A stretch of DNA of 39,587 nt, taken from contig CALDZS010000102.1 of the NCBI GenBank assembly GCA_937944065.1, positions 1 through 39,587 on the forward strand, in the 5' to 3' direction. Of the stretch, positions 18,885 through 28,628 are shown piece after piece. The translations under genes and the position numbers were made by a program. Below the pieces are notes generated by a model, which had not been told where the DNA came from, made no database searches, and saw only the letters and a list, made by a program, of their open reading frames with translations. Every line of letters begins with the position of its first letter. Position 1 is the first letter of the stretch. This DNA is from an uncultured Amylibacter sp. (GTDB lineage: Bacteria > Pseudomonadota > Alphaproteobacteria > Rhodobacterales > Rhodobacteraceae).

Positions 18885-20158
18885 CGTTCAAACACCAATT
18901 CGCCGCCGACATAAGTTTGCATAACTTGCCCTTGCATACGACGTCCATCAAAGGGCGTGTTTTTTGATTTCGATTTCAGCGTCGTGCGATCAAGAATGAA
19001 TGGCTTGTCTGGGTCAAACAAAACCAGATCAGCGGGTGCATCTACGGTCAAGCGCCCTGAATCCAAGCCAAACAAGTTTGCTGGATTTAATGACAACGCG
19101 GCCCACAAGGTCGGCAAATCCATATATTCACCATGCACCAATTGAAGTGCGGCGGGCAGCAAAGTTTCTAACGCCACCGCACCTGATGCGGCGCTGTCGA
19201 AAGGTACCCGCTTGCTTTCTTCATCCTGCGGCGTGTGCATAGAACTGATGATGTCGATTAGTCCCGATGCCACTGCATCGGCCAGTGCTACGCGGTCAGT
19301 TTCGTGGCGCAAAGGCGGTTTGACTTTGAAGAATGTTGGATAGCCTTCGATGTCAATTTCATTGAGCGTCAAATGGTGGATCGATGCACCGGCTGTAATC
19401 CGCAATCCCTTGGCTTTGGCCTGCGACAGTACGTCCAGCCCTGCTTTGGTTGACAACTGGTCAATGTGAACGCGTGCGCCTGTCATCTCGATCAAGGCGG
19501 CATCGCGATCCAGTTGGATACGTTCGGCCATTGGGGAAACTGCGGGCAGGCCCAACTTGGTCGCCAGCGCACCTGATGTGGCCGATGCGCCCGCAGACAA
19601 TTGCGGCTCTTGAGCGTGGGTGATGACCAGCGCATTCAATGAATTGGCATAGGTCAAACAACGCGAGAAAATCTTGATGTCAGTGACCACATGGTCACAA
19701 TCGGTAAAGGCCACCGCACCGGCATCCTGCAAGAACCCAATCTCTGCCATCTCGCGCCCTGCGCGGCCGCGGGTCAGCGATGCCATGGGTAACACGCGTA
19801 CTATGCTGGCCGCGCTGGCGCGGCGTTTGATGAATTCCAGGCTTTCAGGTGTATCGACGGACGGCACTGTGTCTGGGCGAATAACCATTGTGGTTACCCC
19901 GCCAGCCGCCGCAGCACGTCCTGCGGAAGCAAAGCTTTCTTTATGACGCTCGCCAGGTTCGCAAATTTTTACACCGATATCCAAGATGCCGGGTGCAAGA
20001 CACTTTCCTTCGCAATCTACGACTTGGTCGAATTTTCCTTTGGGTTCTCTGTCGGAAAATACCTGTTTGATTGCACCGTCAGCGACCAACAACGCGCCTA
20101 TTGTGTCAGTTCTTGCCTCTGGATCGATCAGACGGGCGTTGGAGAAAAGTATGTTCAT
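18881..20158 (-). CDS. pyrC: Dihydroorotase-like protein, probably the inactive PyrC' subunit of ATCase
   Basis: Amidohydrolase fold (AAAGGVTT, KVKPPLR, SKSKNTPFDG) downstream of pyrB. The metal-binding DxHxH reads DIGVK and TDHAPH reads SMHTPQ. Confidence 0.88.
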   Translation of the reverse strand: MNILFSNARLIDPEARTDTIGALLVADGAIKQVFSDREPKGKFDQVVDCEGKCLAPGILDIGVKICEPGERHKESFASAGRAAAAGGVTTMVIRPDTVPSVDTPESLEFIKRRASAASIVRVLPMASLTRGRAGREMAEIGFLQDAGAVAFTDCDHVVTDIKIFSRCLTYANSLNALVITHAQEPQLSAGASATSGALATKLGLPAVSPMAERIQLDRDAALIEMTGARVHIDQLSTKAGLDVLSQAKAKGLRITAGASIHHLTLNEIDIEGYPTFFKVKPPLRHETDRVALADAVASGLIDIISSMHTPQDEESKRVPFDSAASGAVALETLLPAALQLVHGEYMDLPTLWAALSLNPANLFGLDSGRLTVDAPADLVLFDPDKPFILDRTTLKSKSKNTPFDGRRMQGQVMQTYVGGELVFER

Positions 20159-20628
20159 TTTTTGCGCCCCGTTAATTCTTGGCGAACTTGCGCAGCATTG
20201 GCCACGCCAACCAAATTCTGGCTAAGCCCAAAACGCCCTGTGAAGCGAACCGTTGATCCAAATCCTTGGATCCGTTTAAGCGAAGACAGCAGGGTTGGTG
20301 TGCGCCCTTTGACATAGATGGCTCGATCAGTGATCAACCATTCTTGACGGCAATACATCGTAAACACGAGAGCTACTCCAAACAGCGTCATAGCCCCCAG
20401 CAACAAAGCAGTGTTTTGTGTCATAGACACACCAATCAGCGGGGCTGCGAAGATGCTTAAAATGATAAAGCCGGCGGAAAAGCATACGTTTTTTTTCAAC
20501 CAAGCATCCAACGTGAAACGACCTGTAAAAATCGTCTTCTCAGTCGCGGCTAAAACTGGCGGCCATTCTTTGGATGGTTGAAATTTTGTGGCTTCTTCTA
20601 CCAGCTCGTCGAATTGCTTGCTGCTCAT
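20155..20628 (-). CDS. Hypothetical 2-TM protein with possible bacterial PH-like C-terminal domain
   Basis: ATGA overlaps with both pyrB and pyrC. Two TM helices followed by [12 protein letters not shown]. Confidence 0.75.
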   Translation of the reverse strand: MSSKQFDELVEEATKFQPSKEWPPVLAATEKTIFTGRFTLDAWLKKNVCFSAGFIILSIFAAPLIGVSMTQNTALLLGAMTLFGVALVFTMYCRQEWLITDRAIYVKGRTPTLLSSLKRIQGFGSTVRFTGRFGLSQNLVGVANAAQVRQELTGRKK

Positions 20629-21575
20629 ACCATCACCCCTGACGGTTTTTTGCGGCGGTGATTGGCCAATAAGTCCATCGCGGCCATACGCACGGCGACA
20701 CCCATTTCTACCTGTTCTTGGATCACAGAGCGCCCAATATCGTCGGCTATGTCACCATCGATTTCAACACCACGGTTCATTGGGCCAGGATGCATCACAA
20801 TCGCATCTGGTTTCGCGTTCGCCAGCTTGGCCGCATTTAGCCCCCAACGATGATAGTATTCCCGCTCTGACGGGATAAAAGCGCCGTCCATACGTTCGCG
20901 TTGCAGACGCAGCATCATCACAACATCGACGTCTTTTAGACCTTCATCCATATCTTCGTAGATTTCGACGCCGAACAAATCGATCCCAGCAGGAAGCAAG
21001 GTTTTTGGTGCGACCAGACGAATTCGGCTTTCCATTTTATTCAACAAAAAAATGTTCGATCGCGCGACACGGCTATGCGCAATATCGCCACAAATGGCGA
21101 CATTCAGACGGTGTAATCGTCCTTTGGACCTACGGATTGTCAACGCATCCAACAATGCCTGCGTCGGATGCTCGTGTCGGCCATCGCCGGCATTCAGGAC
21201 CGCGCATTTCACCTTTTGCGCCAACAGATCAACCGCACCACTTTCAGGGTGCCGAACGACAAGCAGATCGGGGTTCATTGCGTTCAAAGTCATTGCCGTA
21301 TCGATCAGGGTTTCACCCTTTTTGATCGAAGACGCACCCAACGCCATGTTGATCACATCAGCGCCCATTCGTTTGCCTGCAATCTCAAAGCTCGACAGTG
21401 TCCGTGTAGAGTTCTCGAAAAACATGTTGATCTGGGTTTTGCCCGCCAACGCGTCAGATCGTTTTGCAGATTGGCGGTTCAGATCAACATATTGATCGGC
21501 AAGGTCTAAGATGGAATTGATATCGGGAACAGATAGATGTTCGATGCCTAAAAGATGCTCGGCAGAAAAATCCAT
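20625..21575 (-). CDS. pyrB: Aspartate carbamoyltransferase catalytic subunit
   Basis: [45 protein letters not shown]. Confidence 0.97.
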   Translation of the reverse strand: MDFSAEHLLGIEHLSVPDINSILDLADQYVDLNRQSAKRSDALAGKTQINMFFENSTRTLSSFEIAGKRMGADVINMALGASSIKKGETLIDTAMTLNAMNPDLLVVRHPESGAVDLLAQKVKCAVLNAGDGRHEHPTQALLDALTIRRSKGRLHRLNVAICGDIAHSRVARSNIFLLNKMESRIRLVAPKTLLPAGIDLFGVEIYEDMDEGLKDVDVVMMLRLQRERMDGAFIPSEREYYHRWGLNAAKLANAKPDAIVMHPGPMNRGVEIDGDIADDIGRSVIQEQVEMGVAVRMAAMDLLANHRRKKPSGVMV

Positions 21576-21689
21576 ATCCAATCCCTTATTTTCGCGTGTT
21601 ATATCAGCGCTTTTGCATAAGACAAGAGTTTACGTCAGCGGGTCGACCTCATATCCTGTTAACACCTTATACAGAGATTCTGTTGAACC

Positions 21690-22484
21690 ATGCCAGAGAT
21701 GCTTGATTATTTTGCCGCAAAAGCCGCATTAGAGTGGCAGTTCGAGCTGGGCGTGGACGAGGCGATTTGCGAACTTCCGCAGAATCGCTATGCCGAAGAC
21801 GCAAAGAAACCCGCGTTCAAGATGGGAAAAGCATCAAACATCGCGCCGATGGCGTCTGTTCCGAATATCTTTCCCGCTAAAGAAGCCGCACCCGATGTTG
21901 CGCGTTTACTGGCCGCTAAGTGCGCTGATCTGGATGAACTGCGCAATGCCATGGCGGTGTTCGAACTGTGCATGTTAAAAAAGGGCGCCAAGAATATGGT
22001 GTTCGCGCAAGGTTCGCCAAAGTCCGATATCATGGTCGTGGGTGACGTTCCTGACAGACAAGAGGATCAGTTGGGCATACCGTTTCAAGGGGAAAAGGGC
22101 ACGTTGCTTGACAATATGTTTGCCGCGATTGAACGCACGCGGTCTGGCGAAGACGCCAACACGGGTCTGTACGTTACGAATGTGATCCCCTGGCGCACTC
22201 CGCAAGATCGCGAGCCAACCGCGGATGAGATCGAAATGTTGAAACCATTTTTACAAAGACATGTGGAATTGGCCGAACCAAAAGTGTTGGTGTTGATGGG
22301 AAATACGGCATGCCAAGCGGGCTTGGGCAAAGCCGGCGTTACCCGTTTGCGCGGCGCGTGGGTCGAGGCATTTGGTGTGCCAACATTACCGATGTTCCAC
22401 CCGTCCGCGTTGTTGCGTGATCCCTTGAAAAAACGCGATACATGGGCCGACCTTTTGGCGATCAAAACAAGATTGGTGGATTGA
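21690..22484 (+). CDS. Uracil-DNA glycosylase, family 4-like
   Basis: ED..G.PF.G..G.LLD, TNVIPWR.P, FHPSALLR. Motif A is degenerate (GDVPD). Confidence 0.88.
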   Translation: MPEMLDYFAAKAALEWQFELGVDEAICELPQNRYAEDAKKPAFKMGKASNIAPMASVPNIFPAKEAAPDVARLLAAKCADLDELRNAMAVFELCMLKKGAKNMVFAQGSPKSDIMVVGDVPDRQEDQLGIPFQGEKGTLLDNMFAAIERTRSGEDANTGLYVTNVIPWRTPQDREPTADEIEMLKPFLQRHVELAEPKVLVLMGNTACQAGLGKAGVTRLRGAWVEAFGVPTLPMFHPSALLRDPLKKRDTWADLLAIKTRLVD

Positions 22485-22485
22485 C

Positions 22486-23025
22486 ATGGCCATCGATGAA
22501 ACACGCAAGTTTATCCCGATCCGCATCGCGGTTCTGACCGTGTCGGATACACGAGAATTGGCTAATGATAAGTCAGGCGATATCCTGGTGGCGCGTTTGA
22601 CGGGATCTGGTCATGAATTAGCAGATCGCAAAATTGTCGAAGATGACCGTGGACTGATCGCCGCCCAACTAAGCGCGTGGTGCAACGACCCGAGCATCGA
22701 CGCTGTGATCAGCACTGGCGGCACAGGTCTGACCGGGCGCGATGTTACCGTCGAGGCGCACCGCGATGTGTATGAAAAAGAAATTGATGCGTTCAGCACT
22801 TTGTTCACCATGATCTCGTTTGAAAAAATCGGCACCTCTGCGGTGCAGTCGCGCGCGTGTGGCGGTGTTGCCAATGGCACTTATCTGTTCGCATTGCCGG
22901 GTAGCCCGGGGGCGTGCAAAGATGGCTGGGATCAAATCCTGTCCCTACAGTTTGATGCACGACATATGCCGTGTAATTTTGTAGAAATCATGCCGCGTTT
23001 GACCGAGCGTGTTAAACGCAGATGA
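22486..23025 (+). CDS. moaB: Molybdenum cofactor biosynthesis protein B
   Basis: IAVLTVSDTR, DKSG, STGGTGLTGRDVT, LPGSPGAC, PCNFVE. Confidence 0.95.
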   Translation: MAIDETRKFIPIRIAVLTVSDTRELANDKSGDILVARLTGSGHELADRKIVEDDRGLIAAQLSAWCNDPSIDAVISTGGTGLTGRDVTVEAHRDVYEKEIDAFSTLFTMISFEKIGTSAVQSRACGGVANGTYLFALPGSPGACKDGWDQILSLQFDARHMPCNFVEIMPRLTERVKRR

Positions 23026-23483
23026 ACGACACTGATTTTCACCTGATATCAGACTTATGGTCAGACAGCGCTGTATCCGTCACTTCAATCATTTTGCAGG
23101 ACAAATTGGGACGTGTTGTTAGTCAACTGCGTGATGATTTCGATGGGCTTGGCGGGCGCGGAAAGTGGGGTATGTTTGGTGGGCATGTTGAAGCAGGCGA
23201 GACACCGGCCCAGGCGGCCATCCGCGAGTTGGCTGAGGAAACCAATATAAATGCTGAGGCGACAGATATCGCGCCTTTCGTTAGGTTGGTGCCAGTGCAA
23301 GGCTATCAAGTGCGTCACTATATTTATACCTTGAACCGATCCATCGAGTTGCACGAGATTGCAGTGAGCGAAGGCGCGGGATTTGCGGCGTTGAATGCAA
23401 GGCAATTGGCCCAGTTTGACCTGATTCCATCTGCAAGGATGATATTTGATCATATGAATAATCTCGGGCAACTTGCGCAATAG
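23022..23483 (+). CDS. NUDIX hydrolase
   Basis: Nudix box GGHVEAGETPAQAAIRELAEETNI. ATGA overlap with moaB. Confidence 0.9.
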   Translation: MNDTDFHLISDLWSDSAVSVTSIILQDKLGRVVSQLRDDFDGLGGRGKWGMFGGHVEAGETPAQAAIRELAEETNINAEATDIAPFVRLVPVQGYQVRHYIYTLNRSIELHEIAVSEGAGFAALNARQLAQFDLIPSARMIFDHMNNLGQLAQ

Positions 23484-23535
23484 CGACGGAACGCTAGATT
23501 ATGTACGTATAACCTAATGAACTAGGACAATATTA

Positions 23536-25173
23536 ATGCGATTCTTGACCCGCAGCTTGATGGCAATGTGCCTGTTGTTTGTAACGCTAGGTGTTCTTGG
23601 CCTTGCCGGCAAAACGCTGTCCGATGCAATGATCGCGAAGAAAGAAAATGCGTCAAAGCCGCGTGCCGCACGTGAACGCGTTTTCGCAGTTAACGTGGCA
23701 CCCATAAAATTTCAGGACGTCGCACCTGTCATCACCACCTTTGGTGAAGTGGTCAGTGGTAAAACGCTTGAGTTGCGTGCGCGTGGCGCTGGGTCATTGG
23801 TGATGTTGTCACCAAACTTTCGCGACGGTGCAAGAGTGAGCAAAGGCGATCTATTGTTTCAATCGGATCCAGCGGCATTAACGGCGGCAATGCAATTGGC
23901 GCAGGCCGAATTATCTGAGGCACAGGCTGAATTGTCCGAGGCTAAAGCCGCGCTAATTCTGTCGCAAGATGAGCTGGCCGCCGCGCGCGAACAGTCCGAA
24001 TTGCGCCAACAATCATTACGTCGTCAAGAATCTTTGCGAAAACGCAAAGTCGGTACGGAATCCGCATTGGAAACGGCTGAACTATCAGCCTCTTCTGCCA
24101 AACAAGCGGTGTTGGCAAAGAGGCAGCTGTTGGCCAATGCGCAGTCACGGATTAACCGAGCAGAGATCGCGCTTTCTCGTCGCCAGATCAATTTCAACGA
24201 GGCTGAACGCAAGCTAAATGACACCAGTGTCTATGCGGAGTTTGATGGAGTTTTATCTGATATCACTGCCGTGCTTGGTGGCTTGGTAAACACAAATGAA
24301 CGTCAAGGTATGCTGATAGATGATTCAGCTTTGGAAGTTTCATTTCGCATATCCTCAACGCAGTTCGCAAATATCAGCGCGGCAGAAACTGGGATCGCCG
24401 GGGCAAAAGTTGACGTTGCTTTCACAGGCTTGGAAAAGCCCATTAAAGCCACCATCGACCGCGTCAGCGCAGCCGTCGGCGAAGGTCAGACCGGACGTGA
24501 ATTGTTTGCGAAGCTGGAACAAGGAATTAATTCTGGGTTACGCCCTGGCGACTTTGTTGCCGTTTCGATTACAGAACCAATTATGTCCAACGTCGCATTG
24601 GTGCCGTCTGCGGCGGTTAGTTCGACTGGAGAGTTATTGTTGGTTGGTGAAAATAATAGGCTAGAAACCGCGAACGTTCGCATTCTACGCAAGCAAGGCA
24701 ATAGTGTTTTGATTACGGGCGAAGGGATCGATGGGCGGCAATTGGTGCAAGAGCGTGCGCCTCAATTAGGCGATGGCATTCGCATCGAACCTCGGTCAAC
24801 TGACACACCGATACTGACCAAACAGGAAACGGTGAAGCTGAGCGCGCAAGAGCAAGCACAAATGATCGCCGCTGTGAAGGCGGGTGGAATGCCACAAAAC
24901 GTCAAAGATCGCATATTGAAGAACCTCGAAACGGGCGAGTTGAAAAAAGCAAGTTATGACCGTTTGAAATCTCGCCTTGGAGACACGAACGATGCGGGCG
25001 TGGAAGAAGTGACGGTGAAGTTGAATGCGGATCAGCAGGCGAAGTTAAAGGCCTTTGTTACGGAAAACGCAAGCATTCCCGCCGCCGCCAAGGATCGTAT
25101 GCTGGCAAGCATTGCATCAGGATCGATGCCAAAGAAAATGTATGATCGTCTAACCTCCAATATGGGGGGCTAA
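23536..25173 (+). CDS. RND efflux periplasmic adaptor (MFP) subunit
   Basis: N-terminal TM, lipoyl-like halves (G..VSKGDLLF; VYAEFDGVL), long coiled-coil hairpin, LRPGDFV. Directly upstream of an RND permease. Confidence 0.92.
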   Translation: MRFLTRSLMAMCLLFVTLGVLGLAGKTLSDAMIAKKENASKPRAARERVFAVNVAPIKFQDVAPVITTFGEVVSGKTLELRARGAGSLVMLSPNFRDGARVSKGDLLFQSDPAALTAAMQLAQAELSEAQAELSEAKAALILSQDELAAAREQSELRQQSLRRQESLRKRKVGTESALETAELSASSAKQAVLAKRQLLANAQSRINRAEIALSRRQINFNEAERKLNDTSVYAEFDGVLSDITAVLGGLVNTNERQGMLIDDSALEVSFRISSTQFANISAAETGIAGAKVDVAFTGLEKPIKATIDRVSAAVGEGQTGRELFAKLEQGINSGLRPGDFVAVSITEPIMSNVALVPSAAVSSTGELLLVGENNRLETANVRILRKQGNSVLITGEGIDGRQLVQERAPQLGDGIRIEPRSTDTPILTKQETVKLSAQEQAQMIAAVKAGGMPQNVKDRILKNLETGELKKASYDRLKSRLGDTNDAGVEEVTVKLNADQQAKLKAFVTENASIPAAAKDRMLASIASGSMPKKMYDRLTSNMGG

Positions 25174-25178
25174 CCAGA

Positions 25179-28100
25179 ATGGTACGCCAGGTTGGAAAGC
25201 GAGCGGGTGGGATATTATCCTATTTTACACGCCACAAAACTGCGGCGAACCTGTTGCTGGTGATCATGTTGGTGGTCGGGCTGGTATCCACCACACAAAT
25301 TAGATCGCAATTTTTTCCAGACGTGATTCTCGACAGTGTGACGGTGAGCGTCAAATGGGAGGGGGCTGGCCCAGAAGATGTGGATAGCGGCGTGATTGCT
25401 TTGCTAGAACCAGCTTTGCTGGCGGTTGAAGGCATCGAAAGTACGTCTTCATTTGCTAACGAAGGCCGCGGCACGATTCGGATGGAGTTCGAAAGCAACT
25501 GGGATATGGCGCGCGCTGCCGATGATGTGAAGGTTGCTGTGGACAGCGTTTCAGGCCTGCCAGATGGGATCGATGATCCTGTGGTTCGGCGCGGTGCTTG
25601 GCGTGACAGGGTCACGGACGTCATCATTCACGGTCCCGTCTCACCAGATCAATTGGGTCGCTTTTCAGACGAGTTCGTTGGACGACTTTTTTCCGAAGGT
25701 GTGACGCGTGCCACCATTCGCGGTGTGTCAGCGCCTGATATCGAAATAACCGTATCGCAGCGCGATATGATTCAAAACGACGTCACATTATCTCAGATCG
25801 CGTCTGTGATCGCAGAAGAAGCAGAAGCTGATCCTGCGGGCGACGTTGCGGGTGGTTCAGCGCGCGTGCGCACAGGTGTCGCGAAACGATCCGTTGAGAC
25901 GATAGAGCAGATTGTGATCCGATCCAACACCGATGGATCAAAGTTGCGGATCGGTGATGTGGCGCAGATTAGTCAGACCAGCATCGATGCCAAACGATCC
26001 TACTATGTCGGTGATAATCCGGCCGTTTCAATCCGTGTCGACCGCGCCGATCAGGGCGACGCAATCAAGATGCAAGCGATTGTGCAAACAGTCGCAGACG
26101 AGATGGAATTAATCTTACCTGCTGATGTTCAAATCGAATTGATCCGCACCCGTGCACAGGCAATTTCTGATCGCTTATCTTTGTTATTGGAAAATGGGCT
26201 GTACGGATTGGCGTTGGTGATCGGGTTGTTGTTCTTATTCCTGAATGCGCGCACGGCTTTTTGGGTCGCTCTTGGTATTCCGGTAGCGATGTTCGCGGCG
26301 GTGGCATTAATGTATGCATCTGGTTTGACCCTGAACATGATTTCATTGTTCGGACTGATCATAACGCTTGGTATTGTCGTCGATGATGCCATTGTGGTTG
26401 GCGAACACGCTGATTACCGAGCGCGACGATTGGGTGAAGATCCGGTGACCGCATCCGAAAATGCCGCTATCCGCATGGCGCCGCCGGTGTTTTCAGCAAC
26501 CATCACAACCATCATCGCGTTCTGGGGGCTGACCTTGGTCGGTGGACGTTTTGGCAGTTTGATCGCCGACATCCCCTTTACAGTGATCGTCGTTTTGATT
26601 GCGTCGTTGGTCGAGTGCTTTATCATATTGCCCAATCACATGAGCCATTCGGTCGGCATCAGGAATGGCGTAAAATGGTACGATTATCCCAGCCACTATT
26701 TCAACATTGGATTTAGTTGGTTCCGCCGAGTGATGTTTCGTCGATTTATGAAACTGATACTGGCGCTGCGGTATCCAGTATTTGCGGGTTTAATCCTGCT
26801 GTTGATGTCGCAAGCGACGCTGGTTATCAGCGGGAAAATTCCGTTTCGATTTATCAATCTGCCCGAACGTGCATCGATATCTGGGAATATCGCGATGCTA
26901 TCGGGTGCAACGCGCGCTGATACAGAAGTCATGGTGCAAGAGTTGCAACGCGCCGTGAAGGCAACGGCGAAAACTTTTGAGGATAAACACGGTACTAACC
27001 CCGTGATTTTCGCGATGGGCGAAGTTGGTGGATCGTCGGGGCGTGGGTTGTCGGGTGTTGAAAACAAAGACACCGATTTGCTGGGGTCAATTTCCGTCGA
27101 GCTTATCGATATCGATAGCCGCCCTTATTCATCGTTCACATTTATCGGCGCTTTGCAGGACGAGGTGCGCGATCATCCCTTGTTGGAAATAATCAGCTTT
27201 CGCGGATTTAGATTTGGCCCCGGTGGTGACGCTTTGGACGTCCAATTTATTGGTGCAGACTCAACAGTCTTGAAGGCCGCGGCCGAAGAGTTAAAAACGC
27301 AACTGGGCAAATTTTCCGAAGTGTCAGCAGTCGAAGATGACCTGTCTTATGACAAACAGGAGTTGGTGCTGGATTTGACGCCGCAGGGCGCTGCACTTGG
27401 GTTTACGATCGATAGCATTGGCCGCGAATTACGTAACCGTCTGAACGGTATCACCGCCGCTTCATTCCCTGTTGGCGCACGAACTTCAGAGATTATTGTC
27501 AGCCTGCCCAGTGCAGAGGTGGGCGCTGATTTCCTAGAGACAACACAACTTCGCACCCCGGCGGGGGAATATGTGCCGTTGACCGACATTGTCTCTGTCC
27601 AAACGCAGATAGGGTTCTCGACTGTGTTGCGTGAAAACGGATTGCGTTTGATGTCTGTCACGGGGGACATTTCAGAGGATAATCCAGACCGCGCCGCGCA
27701 AATCATGGAAGAGCTTAACAAGCAAATCCTGCCGCGGATTGCAACAGATTTCGGGGTGGAATGGCGCCTTTCTGGCCAAGCGGAGCAAGAAAAAGAATTC
27801 CTGTCAGATGCGGCAATTGGGTATTCATTGTGCTTGTTGGGAATATACCTGACACTGACGTGGATATTTGCCAGTTGGACGCGTCCCATCGTGGTGATGG
27901 CGGTAATTCCTTTTGGTATGATCGGTATGATTTATGGTCACCATGTTATGGAAGTGCCTTTATCGATGTTCTCTATCGTAGGGGCAATTGGGATGAGCGG
28001 GATAATTATTAACGATTCAATTGTGCTGGTCACAACTGTCGACGAGTACGCAGAAAACCGTGGGTTGGTGCCCGCGATTATTGACGCTGCCTCAGATCGT

Positions 28101-28589
28101 TTTCGTCCAGTGTTGCTGACTACGTTGACGACGGTATTGGGGTTGTTACCGCTACTATATGAAAGCTCAGCACAGGCAGAGTTCTTAAAACCTACGATCA
28201 TCACACTGAGCTTTGGTTTGGGATTTGGCATGTTCCTCGTGTTGTTAATTGTACCTGCTTTACTGGTGATGCAACGGGATGTTGGACGCTTGTTTAAATC
28301 TTATCGACGGGGGTTGTTTAATTCCCATATGCGTCTGGTTGATCGCGGCATTCTGATCGCCGCAACGCTCGCTGGGATGGGCGCCTTTGCGGCAACCGTG
28401 GGCAAGTTTGCCATCACGGGCACCACGTCGACCATTGTGAACTTCGCCATGCAAGCCAGCGGAATTGGGTCGTTAGGTGTCGCCACGATGCTGGTCTTGA
28501 TCATGCTGTTATTGGTCATCGTGCTATGTGTATATGTAATATTTGCAGTGCTGAATATGCGGTCGGATTTTCGACCTGCGGGCAGTTAA
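25179..28589 (+). CDS. RND efflux permease (AcrB/AcrD/AcrF family)
   Basis: 1136 aa; TM4 LGIVVDDAIVVGE, TM11 RFRPVLLTTLTTVLGLLPLL; two large periplasmic loops. Confidence 0.95.
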   Translation: MVRQVGKRAGGILSYFTRHKTAANLLLVIMLVVGLVSTTQIRSQFFPDVILDSVTVSVKWEGAGPEDVDSGVIALLEPALLAVEGIESTSSFANEGRGTIRMEFESNWDMARAADDVKVAVDSVSGLPDGIDDPVVRRGAWRDRVTDVIIHGPVSPDQLGRFSDEFVGRLFSEGVTRATIRGVSAPDIEITVSQRDMIQNDVTLSQIASVIAEEAEADPAGDVAGGSARVRTGVAKRSVETIEQIVIRSNTDGSKLRIGDVAQISQTSIDAKRSYYVGDNPAVSIRVDRADQGDAIKMQAIVQTVADEMELILPADVQIELIRTRAQAISDRLSLLLENGLYGLALVIGLLFLFLNARTAFWVALGIPVAMFAAVALMYASGLTLNMISLFGLIITLGIVVDDAIVVGEHADYRARRLGEDPVTASENAAIRMAPPVFSATITTIIAFWGLTLVGGRFGSLIADIPFTVIVVLIASLVECFIILPNHMSHSVGIRNGVKWYDYPSHYFNIGFSWFRRVMFRRFMKLILALRYPVFAGLILLLMSQATLVISGKIPFRFINLPERASISGNIAMLSGATRADTEVMVQELQRAVKATAKTFEDKHGTNPVIFAMGEVGGSSGRGLSGVENKDTDLLGSISVELIDIDSRPYSSFTFIGALQDEVRDHPLLEIISFRGFRFGPGGDALDVQFIGADSTVLKAAAEELKTQLGKFSEVSAVEDDLSYDKQELVLDLTPQGAALGFTIDSIGRELRNRLNGITAASFPVGARTSEIIVSLPSAEVGADFLETTQLRTPAGEYVPLTDIVSVQTQIGFSTVLRENGLRLMSVTGDISEDNPDRAAQIMEELNKQILPRIATDFGVEWRLSGQAEQEKEFLSDAAIGYSLCLLGIYLTLTWIFASWTRPIVVMAVIPFGMIGMIYGHHVMEVPLSMFSIVGAIGMSGIIINDSIVLVTTVDEYAENRGLVPAIIDAASDRFRPVLLTTLTTVLGLLPLLYESSAQAEFLKPTIITLSFGLGFGMFLVLLIVPALLVMQRDVGRLFKSYRRGLFNSHMRLVDRGILIAATLAGMGAFAATVGKFAITGTTSTIVNFAMQASGIGSLGVATMLVLIMLLLVIVLCVYVIFAVLNMRSDFRPAGS

Positions 28590-28628
28590 CTTGCAAATTT
28601 TGACCAAAAAAGGCAGAGTGAGGATATT

